Both the position numbers and the translations under genes were made by a program. The notes beneath the pieces were generated by a model that was given only the letters and a program-made list of their open reading frames with translations, ran no database searches and had not been told where the DNA came from. This document shows, piece by piece, positions 61,035-64,000 of a stretch of DNA of 64,000 bases (within the stretch, counting starts at the first letter, position 1; each line of letters starts with the position of its first letter). This DNA is from Candidatus Bathyarchaeota archaeon (GTDB lineage: Archaea; Thermoproteota; Bathyarchaeia; TCS64): NCBI GenBank assembly GCA_963820555.1, contig CAWGAT010000047.1, positions 33,982 to 97,981 on the forward strand, read 5' to 3'.

Positions 61035-61781
61035 TTAGGCGGTTGCCCCGCCATCTATTACCAATGTGGCGCCGTTCATGAAGCTGGATTCGTCGCTAGC
61101 GAGGAATAGCGCGCCCTTCGCTATCTCCTCCGGTTTTCCAATCCTCTTGAGGGGGACCTCCTGCTCCAGGTACTTCCGCCTAGCGTCGGGATCGGTGGCT
61201 CTTCTTATCCCCTGCTCAAGCATAGGTGTCAAAGTGACGCCGGGGCAGAGACAGTTTACACGGATGTTCCTGTCCCCGAACTCGAGGGCTAAGGCACGTG
61301 TTATCTGGACGACCCCGCCCTTCGCGGCGCAGTAGGCGGCGTAGTTGCGGGCCCCGCTTATGCCGATCTCAGAGGCGGTGTTGACTATGACTCCCCCGCC
61401 CTGCACGAGCATCTCAGGAATGACATGTTTGCACCCGAGGTAGACGCTCTTAAGATCAACGGATAGGACTCTGTCCCAGTCCTCTTCGGTGGTATCTAGG
61501 AATGGGCGGTATAAACCAATACCAGCATTGTTGTAAAGGACATCTATCCTCCCGTGGCTGTGGACAGCAAGCTTCACAGCCGAGTCCCAATCCCCAGACT
61601 TGGAGACGTCCGCCCTCAGCGATCTCGCGTCTCCACCTGCCGTTTTCGCGGTCTCAGCTACCGTTTCTTTTGTATCGATCAGGGTTAGCTTTGCCCCCTC
61701 CTTGGCGAAGAGAAGGGCAGCAGCCCTTCCAATGCCGGACGCTGCTCCAGTGATCAGAACCGACTTGCCCCCGAGACTCAT
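61035..61781 (-). CDS. short-chain dehydrogenase/reductase (SDR)
   Basis: ITGAASGIGRAAA ... NNAG ... YAAYCAAKGGV. 248 aa. Confidence 0.85.
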   Translation of the reverse strand: MSLGGKSVLITGAASGIGRAAALLFAKEGAKLTLIDTKETVAETAKTAGGDARSLRADVSKSGDWDSAVKLAVHSHGRIDVLYNNAGIGLYRPFLDTTEEDWDRVLSVDLKSVYLGCKHVIPEMLVQGGGVIVNTASEIGISGARNYAAYCAAKGGVVQITRALALEFGDRNIRVNCLCPGVTLTPMLEQGIRRATDPDARRKYLEQEVPLKRIGKPEEIAKGALFLASDESSFMNGATLVIDGGATA

Positions 61782-61865
61782 GGGTGATACGCCCCCGCGT
61801 GTGTCTTATCTGATTTGTCTCCGCATAAAGCATAAATGTGAAGCAGTCGTTAGTGTTGCGGCGTT

Positions 61866-61938
61866 GGGCGCTTAGTTCAGCGGTATGAATGCTCGGTTCG
61901 CATCCGAGAGGTCGGGGGTTCAAATCCCCCAGCGTCCA
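61866..61938 (+). tRNA. tRNA-Ala (anticodon CGC)
   Basis: Acceptor GGGCGCT/AGCGTCC with the G3:U70 Ala identity pair, anticodon loop TTCGCAT, T-arm GGGGGTTCAAATCCCCC, discriminator A. CCA is not fully encoded. Confidence 0.8.
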
Positions 61939-61991
61939 CCTTATTATGTGTCCATAATGTATTTATGTAGGCCACTCCTAGGGCTATTCAG

Positions 61992-63317
61992 GTGAACAAT
62001 ATGAGAGAGGCGAGGTGGGCCCACCTCTTGGAGGAGGACCCCGCGTTCAGGCGGTGGCACGACAACTTGGCCCGCGGCAGCGCGGGGACGGCGAGGGAGA
62101 GGGCGCGGGTGCTCTACCGGTTCCTGAGGCATCACGACCTGACGCCCGCCGGCCTCGCGGAGATTGGGAAGAGGGATGTGGGGGCGGTGGAGGACCTCCT
62201 GATGGACTTCGTGTCCGAGCTTCGCCGCGAGGGGAAGGCCCCGGGGTATATCAAGTGCTACCTGACGGCGGTGAGCTCCTGGCTTGAGTTCAACGGCGTG
62301 CGCCTCGTGAGGAGGATCAAGGTCGGTAACATGAACCACACTCCGACGATAGAGGACGAGAGGGTGCCGACGCCGGACGAGCTGCTACAGGTGCTGAGCT
62401 ACGCCGACGAGAGGGGCCGGTGCTCCATATCGTTGATGGCGTTCGCCGGGCTCAGGCCCCAGGTACTCGGGAGCATGACGGGGACGGACGGCTTGGAGGT
62501 CCGCGACCTACCCGAGATGATGATAGAGGGTGGGAGGGTCACCTTCTCGAGGACCCCGACGATGGTCGTGGTGAGGCCGGACCTGAGCAAGGCCGGGCAC
62601 AGGTACTTCACATTCCTGGCGTCCGAGGGCTGCGAGTACCTGAGGGCGTACCTTGAGAGGAGGCTGGCGATGGGCGAGGGGCTGGGCCCCGGGTCGGCGG
62701 TGATAGCCGCGAAGCCGGGGCACACGGAGACCGGTTTCCGAGTCAATGGGACCGACGGCTCCAGCCACGTGTCGACCAAGTCGGTGACGGGTGAGGTAAG
62801 GAAGGCGATGCGGCCTAGATACAAATGGCGCCCCTACGTGCTCCGCGCCTACTTCGACACCCAACTCCTCATAGCGGAGAACCATGGGAAGGTGAGCCAC
62901 GCGTACAGGCAGTTCTTCATGGGCCACAAGGGCGACATCGAGGCCAGGTACACGACGAACAAGGGCAGATTATCGGAGGAGATGATCGAGGACATGAGGC
63001 GGAGGTTCGCTGACTCCGAGGAGTACCTGACCACACGGAAGACCCGGGACGAGGCGGATGCACGCAAGAGGCAGTTCCTGTTGACGGCCGAGATGCTGTT
63101 CCCCGACAGGGTCGAGTCCATCAGGAACATACTGGCGAGGCACGTCTCGCTCGAGGAGGCGAGCCCCGAGATCCGTGACCTCGTCACGCCCACGGGGAAG
63201 GGGCAGCGCAAGGCGGTCGTCGTCGAGAGCGAGGCCGAGATGGTGGAGCTCGTCTCCCAGGGCTGGGAGCTCATGAAGAACCTCAACAACGGTAAGTTCT
63301 TCCTCGTTAGGGACTAG
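61992..63317 (+). CDS. int: tyrosine-type site-specific integrase/recombinase
   Basis: 441 aa beginning 54 bp after tRNA-Ala. An N-terminal SAM-like domain, then a catalytic domain with R (AGLRPQVLG), a H-x-x-R region (HAYRQFFMGHKGD) and the nucleophile Tyr region (IEARYTTN). Confidence 0.6.
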   Translation: MNNMREARWAHLLEEDPAFRRWHDNLARGSAGTARERARVLYRFLRHHDLTPAGLAEIGKRDVGAVEDLLMDFVSELRREGKAPGYIKCYLTAVSSWLEFNGVRLVRRIKVGNMNHTPTIEDERVPTPDELLQVLSYADERGRCSISLMAFAGLRPQVLGSMTGTDGLEVRDLPEMMIEGGRVTFSRTPTMVVVRPDLSKAGHRYFTFLASEGCEYLRAYLERRLAMGEGLGPGSAVIAAKPGHTETGFRVNGTDGSSHVSTKSVTGEVRKAMRPRYKWRPYVLRAYFDTQLLIAENHGKVSHAYRQFFMGHKGDIEARYTTNKGRLSEEMIEDMRRRFADSEEYLTTRKTRDEADARKRQFLLTAEMLFPDRVESIRNILARHVSLEEASPEIRDLVTPTGKGQRKAVVVESEAEMVELVSQGWELMKNLNNGKFFLVRD

Positions 63318-63685
63318 GTTGCGGCCGCCCCGGTCTCCCCCTCTTTTTTCGTCAAGCCCTCCTCAAGTACATGTAGCAGCAGGGGTGTGAGGTCGTCGAT
63401 GGTCTCCTCCTTCTCCGCGTAGTAGAGTTTCTCCAGCGCCTTGAGCAGGGCGTTCACGGTCGTGAGGTACGGCCTGATCACACCCTTCATCTTCACCTCG
63501 AGGTACTCGTGAACCAGGGTCTCGAATGCGGCGTCCCGGTCTCCGTCGTGGACGACTATGACCCTGGTGTCGGGGTAGGCGGTGCCCCGCTCCTCCGCCG
63601 AGCTGCTGGGGCTCCACACGACGGTCCAGTCCCTCAGTCCCAGGCGCCTCAGGGCATCGTTCAACTCCTCTTCCGTGCCCGTCAT
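63314..63685 (-). CDS. hypothetical protein
   Basis: 123 aa, acidic, contains LVHEYLE. Overlaps an upstream 53 aa ORF (63843..63682) by ATGA. Confidence 0.3.
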   Translation of the reverse strand: MTGTEEELNDALRRLGLRDWTVVWSPSSSAEERGTAYPDTRVIVVHDGDRDAAFETLVHEYLEVKMKGVIRPYLTTVNALLKALEKLYYAEKEETIDDLTPLLLHVLEEGLTKKEGETGAAAT

Positions 63686-63843
63686 GGATCCGCCTCCTCC
63701 TCGGCCTCCTCGGGGTCGCCGCGGTCCTGGACGAGCTCCTCGAGGCGGTGGTGGACGACCCCCATCACGGGGCCCACCTCCTCGGCGTTGAGGCGGTGCC
63801 TCCGATCGGAGAAATGGACCATATCTTCCTCCCTAGGCTTCAT
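63682..63843 (-). CDS. hypothetical small protein (53 aa, not in the ORF track)
   Basis: My own translation gives MKPREEDMVHFSDRRHRLNAEEVGPVMGVVHHRLEELVQDRGDPEEAEEEADP. Translationally coupled to 63685..63314. Confidence 0.25.
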   Translation of the reverse strand: MKPREEDMVHFSDRRHRLNAEEVGPVMGVVHHRLEELVQDRGDPEEAEEEADP

Positions 63844-64000
63844 GGCCTCGCCTCCCCCGAGAGCTTCCCGGCCATCTCCAGCAACAGGTAGCGGTGACAG
63901 GGGGCACCTTCTCCCAGCAGATCAGCCAGACGTCCCGGGTCCTGGCCAGGTCTATGATGTGGCGGAGGGCAGCCACGGCCTCGGCAGAGCCTAGGATCTC
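63840..64000 (-). CDS. DUF488-family protein, C-terminal part, running off the window end with an apparent frameshift
   Basis: The minus-strand translation gives AVAALRHIIDLARTRDVWLICWEKVPP, then in the adjacent frame CHRYLLLEMAGKL. This is the DUF488 C-terminal signature (LCxE ... CHRxLLAE). Confidence 0.35.
   Translation of the reverse strand, partial: DPRLCRGRGCPPPHHRPGQDPGRLADLLGEGAPCHRYLLLEMAGKLSGEARP

Noticed and set aside
63509-63994. 161 aa ORF on the plus strand near the window end
   Set aside because: Pro/Ser/Arg-rich low-complexity translation antisense to a coherent minus-strand operon (DUF488-like, 53 aa and 123 aa ORFs).
1-64000. CRISPR arrays and cas genes
   Set aside because: No run of regularly spaced 25-40 bp repeats anywhere in the window, and no Cas-like ORFs.

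Overview
This window is a 64 kb piece of a GC-rich (~60%) archaeal chromosome. The backbone is housekeeping genes: split family-B DNA polymerase, archaeal-type AsnRS, FEN-1, CDC48, G1P dehydrogenase, two proteasome beta subunits, aCPSF1, Nob1, NAD kinase, an archaeal histone, S17e, geranylgeranyl reductase, NMNAT, RtcA and XPB-Bax1. Several low-GC or mobile segments interrupt it. (1) An IS701/IS4-like IS with clear terminal inverted repeats lies between a methyltransferase and arsM. (2) A glyA 3' remnant is followed by a low-GC ORF and an IS5-family transposase. (3) A ~3.3 kb AT-rich island (12.8-16.1 kb) encodes a wHTH-nucleotidyltransferase fusion behind a perfect 16-bp palindrome, a decayed Mrr_N-like gene and membrane proteins. 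(4) A ~6.6 kb GC-rich block (16.1-22.7 kb) carries tailed-virus-like genes (HK97 gp10-like, tape-measure-like, LamG/CBM tail-fibre-like) plus an ABC-ATPase/GNAT pair. This is the best candidate for an undescribed archaeal provirus or defence module. (5) A low-GC accessory stretch (45.2-50.4 kb) precedes tRNA-Ser and contains a GC-rich candidate structured RNA, ~46-bp direct repeats flanking an SDR cassette, and a RusA-like resolvase. (6) tRNA-Ala is followed by a tyrosine integrase whose element runs off the window. At least 13 otherwise conserved genes are broken by single-base frameshifts: arsM, tag, agmatinase, polB (three pieces), TPP enzyme, cdc48, aCPSF1, D-aminoacylase, QueG-like, bax1, and most virus-like ORFs. 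Uncorrected sequencing indels or real gene decay are both possible, so pseudogene and fragment calls below are provisional. No CRISPR array and no rRNA were seen.
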